This document shows positions 9,312 through 19,248 of a stretch of DNA of 40,558 nt, piece after piece. Location of the stretch: positions 1 through 40,558 of the forward strand of contig JBHLME010000027.1 of the NCBI GenBank assembly GCA_048938445.1, read 5' to 3'. The stretch comes from Promethearchaeota archaeon. GTDB lineage: Archaea > Asgardarchaeota > Lokiarchaeia > Sigyniarchaeales > SOKP01. Within the stretch, counting starts at the first letter, position 1. Every line of letters begins with the position of its first letter. The position numbers were made by a program, and so were the translations under genes. Under the pieces are notes generated by a model. The model did no database searches, had not been told where the DNA came from, and worked only from the letters and a program-made list of their open reading frames with translations.

Positions 9312-9998
9312 TTGAAAAGATTAGAAATGGATTGTGAAAAAGTTAAGCCTGGAAGAGGTGCACCTCTTAGAAAAAATAATTCAGAGCAACTAACAATAAC
9401 CATTGAACCAGTCCCTTTAGATGAAATATATATTATCAATGGACCATCACTATTTCATAAAAATATTAAAAAATCTAATCTAATCATCCTTCCTGAAGAA
9501 TTTTACATGATTATAAATATTAGTAAAAAAAATGAACTTGAAATTCATTATGACAAAGATATATCAAATCATCAAGTAATTTATGATCCATATAAATATG
9601 AAAATGAAAAAAAAAAACCCTTGAGGATTGAAGATATCATCAACCAATTTAAAATTCCTGAAGGATATATAGATGTTCTGCCCAAATGGTATAGTTTTAA
9701 ATTTACTTATCCAGATTTTAACTTGATTTTTATTAAACCTAAGTTAGGAATATCATTCCAAATTCATGATAATAGGAATGAACGCTGGCAGATCGTAAAA
9801 GGTAATCCTATTATAATCATTGGAAATAAAGTGTATTATAATGTAGAGAATGAAACAGAGTTTGAAATTCCAATAAATACGATCCATTCTGTTATCAATA
9901 CCAATTCTGAAGAATATGTAGTATTAAAAGAAAGATGGACAGGAAAATTTGATGAAAAAGATATATATCGGATTTTTAATCCAAATAATTATAGATAA
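9312..9998 (+). CDS. Cupin-domain protein, phosphomannose isomerase type II C-terminal-like
   Basis: ISFQIHDNRNERWQIVKG...IPINTIHSVIN...FDEKDIYRI resembles the PMI-II cupin LSLQxHxxRxEHW...EDDIVR. Confidence 0.65.
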   Translation: MKRLEMDCEKVKPGRGAPLRKNNSEQLTITIEPVPLDEIYIINGPSLFHKNIKKSNLIILPEEFYMIINISKKNELEIHYDKDISNHQVIYDPYKYENEKKKPLRIEDIINQFKIPEGYIDVLPKWYSFKFTYPDFNLIFIKPKLGISFQIHDNRNERWQIVKGNPIIIIGNKVYYNVENETEFEIPINTIHSVINTNSEEYVVLKERWTGKFDEKDIYRIFNPNNYR

Positions 9999-10230
9999 AT
10001 ACAAAAATAAAGTGAAATTAAATCCGATAAAATTTAAAATTCTCTCAGAAAATGATTTTTTCTTTTAACCTATACTTTTACTTATAAGTTTTACGTTTTT
10101 TGTAGCACTTACAGACTTCATTTTAACAAAATTAAAATTCTATGATCGATTATTAAAACTATTACATGTATAAATTTACGAAGAATATAATTTATAAAAA
10201 TAAAAATAGAACAAGTAGATTGGTGGTCTG

Positions 10231-10782
10231 ATGGCTCCGAATGAAGAACCTATTGAAGATGATCAAGAAGAAAAAGAAGATGAAGAGTCTGATGAAGAAA
10301 AATCGGCTGATGAGGAAGCAGATGAAACATCGGAAGAAATTCTTGATGATGAAGAATTAGATACTGAGGCAGAATTAGATAGATTACGTTTTAAATATCG
10401 AGGATACACGTTAGAGGAGTTAAAAAAAATGAATGCGGACCAATTTATTCAAGTCCTTCCTGCAAGAGCCAGACGCTCGTTAAAACGTGGTTTACCACCA
10501 CGTCAAAAAAAACTTTTAGAAAGATTAAGACGTGCATATCGAGCTAAAAAAAGAGGCAAAGACTTGATTACAAGAACTCATGTTAGAGATATGATAATCT
10601 TTCCTGAAATGGTAGGATTAACCATTGGTGTTTACAATGGAAAGGAGTATTTAAATATAGAAATAAAACCAGAGATGATTGGGCATTATCTTGGTGAATT
10701 CTCCTTAACTCGTAAGCATGTTCAACATGGTTCTCCAGGAATTGGAGCCACTAGAAGTTCAAAATATGTTCCACTAAAATAA
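10231..10782 (+). CDS. rps19p: 30S ribosomal protein uS19 with acidic N-terminal extension
   Basis: [51 protein letters not shown]. Confidence 0.97.
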   Translation: MAPNEEPIEDDQEEKEDEESDEEKSADEEADETSEEILDDEELDTEAELDRLRFKYRGYTLEELKKMNADQFIQVLPARARRSLKRGLPPRQKKLLERLRRAYRAKKRGKDLITRTHVRDMIIFPEMVGLTIGVYNGKEYLNIEIKPEMIGHYLGEFSLTRKHVQHGSPGIGATRSSKYVPLK

Positions 10783-10822
10783 TAATAAATTTAAAAAACA
10801 ATTCACACGTGATGATGATAAA

Positions 10823-11302
10823 ATGCCTAAATGGGGATATAGTTTCATAGAACAAAAATACGATGCAGAAAGAATCGCAAAAGCCTCGGGAAGAGACTTA
10901 AGGATTAAGCCAAAGCATGCAAGAGAAATTTGCTCTACAATTAAAGGAATGAAAGTAGATCAAGCAAAAAGTTTCTTAGAAAAAGTAATACGATTAGAAC
11001 AATCAGTCCCTTTTAGGCGTCATAAGAAAAAGCAAGCTCATAGACATGATTTAAAGGAATTTAAATGGTATGCGGGAAGATATCCTAGAAAAGCTGCAGC
11101 TAGAATCTATGAAATTCTTTCAGCTGTAGAATCTAATGGTGAATTTAAGGGTTTGGATGTTGATCTCTGTAGGATAATTCATGCTGCCACTCAACCCGGA
11201 AGAATTATCAAGCGATATATTCAAAGAGCTCATGGTCGCTCATCAGCGAAGTTTAAGCATTTATCACATGTAGAAATTGTAATTTATGAAATGCCAAGTT
11301 AA
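10823..11302 (+). CDS. rpl22p: 50S ribosomal protein uL22
   Basis: KHAREIC, VPFRRH, GRYPRKAA, RAHGRSS; operon position. Confidence 0.97.
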   Translation: MPKWGYSFIEQKYDAERIAKASGRDLRIKPKHAREICSTIKGMKVDQAKSFLEKVIRLEQSVPFRRHKKKQAHRHDLKEFKWYAGRYPRKAAARIYEILSAVESNGEFKGLDVDLCRIIHAATQPGRIIKRYIQRAHGRSSAKFKHLSHVEIVIYEMPS

Positions 11303-11344
11303 AAGTAAAATTTAAATTGATAATTAAAAGGATTGAATGAAAGC

Positions 11345-12172
11345 ATGCCATTAGCTAAACATTTTATTGAACAAGGAATAAAATTAATGCAAATTAACGA
11401 ATACTTGCGATCTGAATTAGTTCGTGCTGGATTTGCTGGAGTTGATTTACAAAAAACACCCTTAGGAGTAAGAATAACTCTCAAAACAAGTAGACCTGGT
11501 TTAGTAATCGGAAAAGGTGGAAAGCGAATTCAGGAAATAACCGATGTTTTAAGTTCTGTATATGATCTCGAGAGCCCACAGATTGAAGTAGAAGAAGTAA
11601 AGAATCCAGATGTCAATGCACAAATTATGGCAGAAAGACTTGCCTATAGTCTTGATCGTGGACGACATTATAGAAGGGCGGGATATTATATCTTGCGAAA
11701 AGTAATGGATTCTGGATTGGCTAGAGGTGTTGAGATCCAAATTTCAGGAAAAGTTACTTCACAGAGAGCAAGAACGCAGATTTTTAGAGCAGGAACAATG
11801 TCTAAAAGTGGTCAACCCGCCCAAGAAGGCGTAGATAAAGGCGTTGCTCAATGTATTCAAAAATCAGGAACATTAGGTGTGATTGTTAAAATAATGCGTG
11901 CAGATTATATTCAAGGTGATGGCGTGTATATTAATCATCAAGCTCTAGAATCTGCTCAAGCAAAAACATCAGCAAATTTGTCAAAGATAAAACGCAAAAA
12001 AGACTATCAAATTGAAGAAGAAGAAGTCCCATTAACCGAAGAAAACCGAGAATTAATTGATGAAGTTGATGAAGATGACATAACAGAAATTTCTGATATT
12101 TCTTTAGAACCAAAAAATACAAAAGAAAATGATAAAGCTAAAGAAAAAAAAGAAAGAAAAAAAAGTAAATGA
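11345..12172 (+). CDS. rps3p: 30S ribosomal protein uS3
   Basis: KH motif RPGLVIGKGGKRI, GVEIQISGK, charged C-terminal tail. ATG 11345 preferred over TTG 11333. Confidence 0.97.
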   Translation: MPLAKHFIEQGIKLMQINEYLRSELVRAGFAGVDLQKTPLGVRITLKTSRPGLVIGKGGKRIQEITDVLSSVYDLESPQIEVEEVKNPDVNAQIMAERLAYSLDRGRHYRRAGYYILRKVMDSGLARGVEIQISGKVTSQRARTQIFRAGTMSKSGQPAQEGVDKGVAQCIQKSGTLGVIVKIMRADYIQGDGVYINHQALESAQAKTSANLSKIKRKKDYQIEEEEVPLTEENRELIDEVDEDDITEISDISLEPKNTKENDKAKEKKERKKSK

Positions 12173-12214
12173 AAAAGAAAAAAAGAAATGAATGATAAGT
12201 AAAGTGAATTAAAT

Positions 12215-12412
12215 ATGGGATTGATTACTGCCAAAGATATAAGAAAAATGGATCCTAGGGAAAGACAGAGGACATTAAAGGATTTAAGGGAAGAACTAAT
12301 GATGCTTTATAGCATGCAAACTGGGGGTGGACTTTCTGACAATCCAGCAAAAGTAAAAGTATTAAGAAAACAAATTGCTCGGATATTAACTGTAATCAAT
12401 GAAGAAAAATGA
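12215..12412 (+). CDS. rpl29p: 50S ribosomal protein uL29
   Basis: DIRKM...LREEL...NPAKVKVLRKQIARILTV. Confidence 0.96.
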   Translation: MGLITAKDIRKMDPRERQRTLKDLREELMMLYSMQTGGGLSDNPAKVKVLRKQIARILTVINEEK

Positions 12413-12726
12413 AGATAAATACGAAATACTTGATATATCATGATTTAATAGGATTTTACGCTCTAGCGAAAGTAAAATCAAAATCAAGTAAGCAAGGATT
12501 CTCTGACATCGGAATGATTATTGATGAGACGAAAAATATGTTAATAACCGAAAAAAATGGAAATTTAAAAAAATATATTAAAAAAGATCATGTATTTAAA
12601 ATATTTCTTCCGAAGGAAGTAAATAATGATGAAGGATTTGATTTGGAAGTAAATGGAGAAAAAATTGTAGGACGTCCTGAAAATAGATTAAGGAATTTAA
12701 AAAAGAAAAAATGGTTGAGAAAATAA
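12409..12726 (+). CDS. rnp1: Ribonuclease P protein component 1 (Rpp29/Pop4)
   Basis: HDLIG, GMIIDETKNML, VNGEKIVGRPENRL; canonical position between uL29 and uS17. Confidence 0.92.
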   Translation: MKINTKYLIYHDLIGFYALAKVKSKSSKQGFSDIGMIIDETKNMLITEKNGNLKKYIKKDHVFKIFLPKEVNNDEGFDLEVNGEKIVGRPENRLRNLKKKKWLRK

Positions 12727-12727
12727 A

Positions 12728-13081
12728 ATGAGTAGAAATATTGGAATCCCTGGAGTTAATCCTCCAAAAGTAAAAGAAGAATGTCATGATAAGGATTGTC
12801 CTTTTCATGGAACAACAAGAATTAGAGGAAAAATCAATAAGGGAATAGTTGTGAGTAAAAAATCACGAAACACAGTTATCATTAGACAAGATTATGTTCA
12901 ATTTATTAAAAAATATCAAAGATATGAACGTCGTAATGCACGACTAGCATGTCATTTACCAGAATGTATGAGTCATTCTATTAATTTGGGAGATTTAGTC
13001 ATCGTAGGAGAATCTCGAAAAATCTCAAAAACAAAAGCATTTATTGTATTAGATAAGATTAAAAGTATGGGGACGGCATAG
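12728..13081 (+). CDS. rps17p: 30S ribosomal protein uS17
   Basis: CHDKDCPFHG, KKYQRYERR, ESRKISKTKAF. Confidence 0.97.
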   Translation: MSRNIGIPGVNPPKVKEECHDKDCPFHGTTRIRGKINKGIVVSKKSRNTVIIRQDYVQFIKKYQRYERRNARLACHLPECMSHSINLGDLVIVGESRKISKTKAFIVLDKIKSMGTA

Positions 13082-13507
13082 ATGGGAACGCGACGCAAGA
13101 CAGGAAGGAAAAAGACTGCAAGAGCTAGGTTGAGTTATGGTGTTCAGAATGGAACTCGACTCTTTATTGCTGATAATTCAGGCGCTAAGATAGTGCAAAT
13201 AATTGGAGTAGATCATTATAAAGGACGTCAGAGACGTTTACCAAAAGCAAGTTTAGGATCAATTGTAACGGTTTCAGTTAAAAAAGGTCGTCCAGAGCTG
13301 AGGGGAAATATTATGAAATGCGTCGTTGTCCGCCAAAAAAGAATTGTTCGGCGTTTGGATGGAACAAGATTATGTTTTGAAGATAATGCCGGTGTATTAG
13401 TAACCAAAGAAGGAGAACCAAAGGGAACTGAAATTAGAGGACCAATAGCTAGAGAAGCCGCAGAAGCTTTCCCACGTTTAGCGTCTATTTCTTCTTTAAT
13501 AGTATAA
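13082..13507 (+). CDS. rpl14p: 50S ribosomal protein uL14
   Basis: ADNSGAK, VKKGRPELR, FEDNAGV, KGTEIRGPIAREAA. Confidence 0.97.
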   Translation: MGTRRKTGRKKTARARLSYGVQNGTRLFIADNSGAKIVQIIGVDHYKGRQRRLPKASLGSIVTVSVKKGRPELRGNIMKCVVVRQKRIVRRLDGTRLCFEDNAGVLVTKEGEPKGTEIRGPIAREAAEAFPRLASISSLIV

Positions 13508-13525
13508 AATTAGGAGGCAATAAAA

Positions 13526-13960
13526 ATGAAAATAGCATCAAAAAAACCAAATAAGCAGAGAAAAGCTTTATATAATTATAAAAAACATCATAGGTCATCA
13601 CTTAACTCTACAAGGGTAGCTGATTTTCTCCAAGAACAATTTGGTGTTAAGAGACTCCCTCTAAGAGTAGGAGATCACGTAAAAATAACGAGAGGAGAAT
13701 TTAAAGATTTTGAAGGTGAAGTATTAGAGGTTACAAAAAATCAGCGAGCAAAAATAAAGGAAGCAACTTTTGAGAGAACTGATGGAACTCAATTTTATCC
13801 CGCAATTCATATTTCAAATCTAGTTATAACAAAATTTTATAAGGAGAAAAAAATGGATGCGTATAGAGCAAACATGATTGAGAGGAAATCTGGCTTTAAA
13901 TTTGAAACAGAATTAATGGGTCCTAAAAAGGAACGAACAAAAGGAGGAGAGATAGAATAA
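13526..13960 (+). CDS. rpl24p: 50S ribosomal protein uL24
   Basis: SKKPNKQRK, KOW motif RVGDHVKITRGEFK, IHISNLVIT. Confidence 0.96.
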   Translation: MKIASKKPNKQRKALYNYKKHHRSSLNSTRVADFLQEQFGVKRLPLRVGDHVKITRGEFKDFEGEVLEVTKNQRAKIKEATFERTDGTQFYPAIHISNLVITKFYKEKKMDAYRANMIERKSGFKFETELMGPKKERTKGGEIE

Positions 13961-14718
13961 TGGCAAGACATGGTGGAATGAAAACTTTAAAAAGATTAAA
14001 TACTCCTGCTCATTTACAAATAGCAAGAAAGCATGGGACATTTTTTGTAAAGCCATCTCCTGGCCCACATCCAAGCCGGTTTTGCTTGCCTTTATTACAT
14101 ATAGTCAGAGATTTACTGCATCTAGGGGATGATTATAGAGAATCAAAAAAATTGATTGGTTTAGGGCATTTTAAAGTTGATCAAAAAGTAGTCAAAGACA
14201 TTGGGTATCCCGTAGGTCTCATGGATGTTTTATCAATTGAAAAAATGAAGAAAAATTATCGAGTCCTCCCCGATTCACACCACGGTTTAGTATTATACGA
14301 GATTCCTGCAAAAAATGCCGATTTTAAACTATGTAGAATTAATCACAAAACTTCCGTCAAAGGAGGTAACATTCAATTAAACCTACATGATGGGAGAAAT
14401 ATATTAATTAACGTTAAAGATCCAAAAAATCCTAAAGAGGCCAAGGGTTTTTCTAAGATGGATGTATTAAAAATCTCATTGCCTGAGCAAGAAATACAGA
14501 AGACTATTAAATTTAAAGAAGGAAATCAAGCAATTATTATGGATGGTAAAAATATCGGGCAAATTGGGAAAATTAAATCAATAATAAAAGTGTTTGGACC
14601 AAAGGCGAGTACAGTTTCGATTGAACATGAAAATGGAGAACGTACAGAAACTCTCTATGACTATACTTTTGTTATTGGAGATGACAAATCTGAAATAAAA
14701 TTACCAAATATTAAATAA
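13960..14718 (+). CDS. rps4e: 30S ribosomal protein eS4
   Basis: PSPGPH, YPVGLMDV, QLNLHDGRN, GKNIGQIG. Confidence 0.97.
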   Translation: MARHGGMKTLKRLNTPAHLQIARKHGTFFVKPSPGPHPSRFCLPLLHIVRDLLHLGDDYRESKKLIGLGHFKVDQKVVKDIGYPVGLMDVLSIEKMKKNYRVLPDSHHGLVLYEIPAKNADFKLCRINHKTSVKGGNIQLNLHDGRNILINVKDPKNPKEAKGFSKMDVLKISLPEQEIQKTIKFKEGNQAIIMDGKNIGQIGKIKSIIKVFGPKASTVSIEHENGERTETLYDYTFVIGDDKSEIKLPNIK

Positions 14719-14735
14719 TAAAATTAAATGATGTG

Positions 14736-15341
14736 ATGATGTCAGCCAAAACCAAATCAAGAGCAAAAAAAGCACAAGAAGAAGCTGCCCTGTTCGATGA
14801 AAAATGGAAAAACCCTATGAAGAAACCTTTTCTTGAAAAAATAGTGCTTAATATTGGTGTAGGTTCTGGGGGAGAAGAATTAGAAAGAGCAACAACGGTA
14901 TTAGAATCAATTTCGGGTAAAAAAGCTGTAAAAACCATTTCAAAAACGAATGTAAAAGAATTTAATCTAAGAAAAGGACGGCCTATTGGTACCAAAGTTA
15001 CTGTAAGAAAAGATGAAGCAGAAAAGCTGCTTAAGAGGCTCTTGATTGTAAATAACAATCGAATGCTGAGAAAAAGTTTCGATAATTATGGAAATTTTGG
15101 TTTTGGAATAGTTGAACATATTACAATTCCAGGAATTGATTATGACGCTGAAATAGGTATATGGGGTCTCGATGTAGTTGGGAGAATTGTAAGACCAGGT
15201 ATGAGAGTAAAATATAGAAAGCAACCTAAACGAGCAAAAATTCCACATCATCATTATGTTTCTCGTTCTGAAGCCCAATATTTCTTAAAAAAGAATTTTG
15301 GAGTAAAGATAGTTGAAAAATTAGATTTAGAATTCATATAA
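14736..15341 (+). CDS. rpl5p: 50S ribosomal protein uL5
   Basis: NPMKKPFLEKIVLNIGVG, FDNYGNFGFGIVEHITIPG, IGIWGLD. Confidence 0.97.
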   Translation: MMSAKTKSRAKKAQEEAALFDEKWKNPMKKPFLEKIVLNIGVGSGGEELERATTVLESISGKKAVKTISKTNVKEFNLRKGRPIGTKVTVRKDEAEKLLKRLLIVNNNRMLRKSFDNYGNFGFGIVEHITIPGIDYDAEIGIWGLDVVGRIVRPGMRVKYRKQPKRAKIPHHHYVSRSEAQYFLKKNFGVKIVEKLDLEFI

Positions 15342-15360
15342 ATGATAATAATAAAAATTG

Positions 15361-15519
15361 ATGAATATGCCACAATCAAAAATAACACATGGAAAAGGCA
15401 AGAGAGAATGTAGGCGATGCCACACGCATAGAGGCCTAATAAGAAGATATGGATTATATATATGCCGTAGGTGCTTTTACGAAATAGGAGGGGACATTGG
15501 GTTCCGTAGATTTGAATAA
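15361..15519 (+). CDS. rps14p: 30S ribosomal protein uS14 (zinc-binding type), absent from the ORF track
   Basis: Manual translation: [52 protein letters not shown]. Lies between uL5 and uS8; alternative start ATG 15367. Confidence 0.96.
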   Translation: MNMPQSKITHGKGKRECRRCHTHRGLIRRYGLYICRRCFYEIGGDIGFRRFE

Positions 15520-15536
15520 AAATAGGTGTGATAAAT

Positions 15537-15920
15537 ATGGTAAATACTTTAAGTGATGCTTGTAATATGTTAAAAAATGCGGAATATGCCCGCAAGAAAT
15601 CAGTGGTTATTAATCCAGCATCAAAACTCTTACAACGGGTTTTAAGAATCTTTCAACAATATGCATATATAGGAGAATTTGAAAGATACGATGATGGAAG
15701 GCAAGGTAAGTTTAAAATAGCATTATTAGGAAAGATTAATGAATGCAAGGCTTTAATAAGATTAAATTATAAAATTTCTCAATTTGAGGCGCTAGAGAGA
15801 AGGTTACTTCCAGCTCCCGGATTGGGAATAATTATCATGACGACTAATCAAGGGATTATGACAATGAAAGAAGCCGAAGAGAGAAGAATCGGTGGAATGA
15901 CGTTATGCTATATTTATTAA
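15537..15920 (+). CDS. rps8p: 30S ribosomal protein uS8
   Basis: LSDACNMLKNAE, PASKL, YIGEFE, LLPAPGLG, TTNQG. Confidence 0.97.
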   Translation: MVNTLSDACNMLKNAEYARKKSVVINPASKLLQRVLRIFQQYAYIGEFERYDDGRQGKFKIALLGKINECKALIRLNYKISQFEALERRLLPAPGLGIIIMTTNQGIMTMKEAEERRIGGMTLCYIY

Positions 15921-15942
15921 AGATTAAATGAGGTAAAGAAAA

Positions 15943-16518
15943 ATGGTAAAGACAACTTTGTTCAAGGAAGAACTTGAGATTCCAAAAAAAGTAAAAATAA
16001 ACGTGAGTGAGGATCATCATGTAACTGTAAAAGGCCCTAATGGTGAAGTTATAAAAGATTTTTCACATATTCGAGGAATTAAAATTTCTAATGAAAACAA
16101 CAAATTAATCTTTTCAGCTCATTTCCCTAGTAATAAAACTTTAGCCTTGGCACAAACAATCATTAATATTATCAATAACTTGATTATCGGAGTTCAAACT
16201 AATTATAAGTATTATTTAATGGTATGCTACTCTCATTTTCCTTGTAATGTTGAGGTAAAAAATGATGAGATCCAAGTAGTAAATTTTTTAGGAGAGCGTG
16301 CTCCTAGAAAAACAAAATATGATAATCAAAATGTAAAAATTAAAGTGAAAGGAGATGAAGTAATTTTAGAAGGTCCTGATAAAGAAATTCTTGGACAAAT
16401 TGCTTCAAATATTAAAAAAGCATGTAGAATCCGTAAAAAAGATCCTCGAGTCTTTCAAGACGGAGTATATCTTTATAAAAAAATGATAGGAGAAGAAATC
16501 CTCTGGCAAATAAAATAG
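15943..16518 (+). CDS. rpl6p: 50S ribosomal protein uL6
   Basis: VKGPNG, YSHFP, NFLGERAPR, KDPRVFQDGVY. Confidence 0.97.
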   Translation: MVKTTLFKEELEIPKKVKINVSEDHHVTVKGPNGEVIKDFSHIRGIKISNENNKLIFSAHFPSNKTLALAQTIINIINNLIIGVQTNYKYYLMVCYSHFPCNVEVKNDEIQVVNFLGERAPRKTKYDNQNVKIKVKGDEVILEGPDKEILGQIASNIKKACRIRKKDPRVFQDGVYLYKKMIGEEILWQIK

Positions 16519-16528
16519 GTGAAAAAAA

Positions 16529-16975
16529 ATGCCACATCAAGATAAAAGACTAATGGAACTTAGAAGGAATATTAGAAAGAAAAGACCCTCTTTTCGACGA
16601 GTAGAATCATGGAGATATAAGCGGGTAAAAGATTCATGGAGAAAAGCCCGAGGAATTGATTCACAAACTAGAAAAAAAACAAAAACTGGTGTCAAATCTC
16701 CTTCAGTTGGTTATAGAGGTCCAAAGAAGGTACGAGGTTTGCATCCCTCAGGATATGAAGAGGTGAATGTTGAAACTATAAAAGATTTAGACAATTTGAA
16801 TAAAAAAAAGCAAGCAGTAAAGATATCTAATAACCTAGGTGGTAAGAAGCGAATCTTATTGATTGATTATGCGAGACGAAGAGGTTTTAAAGTATTAAAT
16901 GTTGGAATTTCTCAGAAAGAAATTCAAAAACTAGAAGCAATGTTAGAGACTTCTATAGAAAATTTTGAAGATTAA
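16529..16975 (+). CDS. rpl32e: 50S ribosomal protein eL32
   Basis: KRPSFRR, WRKARGIDS, VGYRGPKKVRGLHPSG. Confidence 0.97.
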   Translation: MPHQDKRLMELRRNIRKKRPSFRRVESWRYKRVKDSWRKARGIDSQTRKKTKTGVKSPSVGYRGPKKVRGLHPSGYEEVNVETIKDLDNLNKKKQAVKISNNLGGKKRILLIDYARRRGFKVLNVGISQKEIQKLEAMLETSIENFED

Positions 16976-17006
16976 ACTATAAAAATAATAGAGTCGTGAT
17001 TTATAA

Positions 17007-17462
17007 ATGAATGTAAGTGCTCAAAAAAGGTTAGCAGCAGAAATTTTAAAATGTGGTGAAAATCGGGTGTATTTTGATCCCTATATGATAGAGGATATTA
17101 AAATGGCAATTACTCGGGAAGATATCCGTAATTTAATCAAGGAGGGGGCCATCCAAAAAAGATATAAAAAGGGTATTAGTAAGACTAGAAAAAATATTAG
17201 ACATGAGAGGAAAAAGAAAGGGCGTGCAAGAGGCTTAGGAAAGAGAAAAGGAAAGAAGGGTGCCCGAACTCCAAAAAAGAAAGCTTGGATGAAACGAATC
17301 CGACCACAGAGAAGAGAATTAAAAAAATTAAGAGATAGAAAATTAATCACGACTGCAACCTATCGAAAATTGTATAAAAACGCTAAGGGTGGAATGTTTC
17401 ATAGCGTAGCTCAAATGAATAGATACATTAAAGAGAAAGAATTATTGCGAAGAGGGAGATGA
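17007..17462 (+). CDS. rpl19e: 50S ribosomal protein eL19
   Basis: QKRLAAEILKCGENRV, ITREDIR, WMKRIR, LYKNAKGG. Confidence 0.97.
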   Translation: MNVSAQKRLAAEILKCGENRVYFDPYMIEDIKMAITREDIRNLIKEGAIQKRYKKGISKTRKNIRHERKKKGRARGLGKRKGKKGARTPKKKAWMKRIRPQRRELKKLRDRKLITTATYRKLYKNAKGGMFHSVAQMNRYIKEKELLRRGR

Positions 17463-18055
17463 AAGTGGCAAAAGGACCAAGATATAGAAGACCTTTCCGA
17501 AGAAGAGTAGACGGAAAAACTAATTATCATAGGAGACTAAAGTTAATCAAATCTAGAAAACTGAGAGTCGTGATTAGAGCATCAAATAATCACATTAGGG
17601 TTCAAATAATTGAATCTCATAAGGGAGGGGATAAAGTCATTGTTTCAGCTTTTTCAAAAGAATTAATATCAAAGTATGGTTGGACTGCAAATCCTGGGAA
17701 CATTCCTGCTGCTTACTTAACTGGTTATTTAGCGGGTATGAGAGCTAAAAAGAAAGATATCTCGGATGCAATCTTTGATTTAGGTATTTTTTACCATAGA
17801 TTTAGAGTTCTTGCTGCATGCAAAGGGATTATCGATAGTGGAATTGAGGTACCATATCGGGAAGAGTTTTTCCCAGAAAATTTAGTAGAACAAATAAAAG
17901 GTAAACATATAGAAACTTATAGTGATAACCTGAAAAAAGCGGAACCCGAAATTTATCAACGAACATTTTCAGGTTATTTGAAAAAGAACGTAAATCCTTT
18001 AAAAATAAGTCAAAATATTACAAGTACACTAAAATCAATAGAAAATAAAGCTTAA
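17459..18055 (+). CDS. rpl18p: 50S ribosomal protein uL18
   Basis: FRRRVDGKTNYHRR, NIPAAYLTG, IKGKHI. Confidence 0.97.
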   Translation: MKVAKGPRYRRPFRRRVDGKTNYHRRLKLIKSRKLRVVIRASNNHIRVQIIESHKGGDKVIVSAFSKELISKYGWTANPGNIPAAYLTGYLAGMRAKKKDISDAIFDLGIFYHRFRVLAACKGIIDSGIEVPYREEFFPENLVEQIKGKHIETYSDNLKKAEPEIYQRTFSGYLKKNVNPLKISQNITSTLKSIENKA

Positions 18056-18074
18056 TTTAGACAACGTGATTAAT

Positions 18075-18689
18075 ATGAGTAGAAATAGAAAAATGGAAAC
18101 TGATTGGATGCCAAGAACAAAACTTGGTGAATTAGTTCAACAAGGATTAATTACATTAGATAAAATATTTCAAAATAATCTTATAGTTAAAGAAAAAGAG
18201 ATCATTGATATTCTCTTGCCACAGTTAGCTGAAGATGTGGCAACTATCAAAATGGTACAACAAATGACAGCAAGTGGTCAACGATCAAAATTCAAAGCGG
18301 TTGTTTTAGTGGGATCAGATGGGTTCATCGGTGTTAGCGCGGGAAAGAGCCGTGAAGTAGGTCCCGCGATTAGGAAGGCTATTGATAAGGCTAAATTATC
18401 TGTGATTCCAGTTTTACGAGGGTGTGGCAGTAAGGAATGTGGATGTGGAGGTTCTCATAGCATACCTTTTAAAATTGAAGGAAAATGTGGAAGTGTTAGG
18501 GTTAAACTTATCCCCGCACCAGCAGGAGTAGGATTAGCGTGTGCTGATAAAGTAAAGCAAGTATTGAAATTATGTGGTATTGAAGATATCTGGAGTAAAA
18601 CTTTTGGAGATACACGAACAAGTGAAAATCTTGTAAAAGCTACATTTGATGCTTTAAAAAATGCACATAAATATAATTTTAATTTATAA
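18075..18689 (+). CDS. rps5p: 30S ribosomal protein uS5
   Basis: WMPRTKLGELV, RGCGSKEC, GSVRVKLIPAPAGVG, ATFDAL. Confidence 0.97.
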   Translation: MSRNRKMETDWMPRTKLGELVQQGLITLDKIFQNNLIVKEKEIIDILLPQLAEDVATIKMVQQMTASGQRSKFKAVVLVGSDGFIGVSAGKSREVGPAIRKAIDKAKLSVIPVLRGCGSKECGCGGSHSIPFKIEGKCGSVRVKLIPAPAGVGLACADKVKQVLKLCGIEDIWSKTFGDTRTSENLVKATFDALKNAHKYNFNL

Positions 18690-18704
18690 TAAAAAAGTGG
18701 TTAG

Positions 18705-19229
18705 ATGATAATGGCTAAAAAAAAGGTAAAACTTAAGGATGCTGAATTCCAGCCTCAATTATATTTCGCCATAAGAATTCGGGGTGCTCCAGGAATGAAT
18801 AGAAAAATATTGGATACCTTAAGCATGTTAAGAATGCATAAGGTTAACCATGGAGTTCTAATTTGGGGAGTAAAAAGTTATTGGGGTATGATGAATAAAT
18901 GTAAGGATTACATAGCATATGGGGAGATTGATGAAAAAACCTTACTTAGGCTTTTAAGAGCAAGGGGTAAAGTTGAGGGAAATGAACCACTTACAGATGA
19001 GTATATAAAAAAAATAACAAAATATAAATCAATAAAAGAACTTGTTCAAGCCTTATTGAAAGGAGAAATTCAATATAGGGAGAAAGACATTTATAAGATA
19101 AAACCTGTATTCCGCTTGCATCCTCCAAGAGGTGGACATCGTGGTACGATTAAAAAACATTACGGTGAAGGGGGAATCTTAGGAGATGTTGGAGTATATA
19201 TAAATGAAATCATACATAAAATGATTTAA
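18705..19229 (+). CDS. rpl30p: 50S ribosomal protein uL30 (archaeal/eukaryotic long form)
   Basis: AIRIRG, DYIAYGEID, KPVFRLHPPRGG. Confidence 0.97.
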   Translation: MIMAKKKVKLKDAEFQPQLYFAIRIRGAPGMNRKILDTLSMLRMHKVNHGVLIWGVKSYWGMMNKCKDYIAYGEIDEKTLLRLLRARGKVEGNEPLTDEYIKKITKYKSIKELVQALLKGEIQYREKDIYKIKPVFRLHPPRGGHRGTIKKHYGEGGILGDVGVYINEIIHKMI

Positions 19230-19248
19230 TATTGAGGTGTTAGATTTT

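Noticed and set aside
13079-13084. Genome-wide TAG-to-pyrrolysine recoding
   Set aside because: TAG ends uS17 immediately before the in-frame uL14 ATG and also ends uL6 at its normal length. Recoding would fuse a 30S and a 50S protein. No pyl genes are in the window.
14711-15595. Minus-strand ORFs over uL5/uS14/uS8, and similar shadow ORFs elsewhere (e.g. 1794-2081, 2173-2457, 11549-12234, 17081-17350, 35526-35822, 39407-39733)
   Set aside because: Antisense or alternate-frame shadows of well-supported genes with no recognisable motifs.
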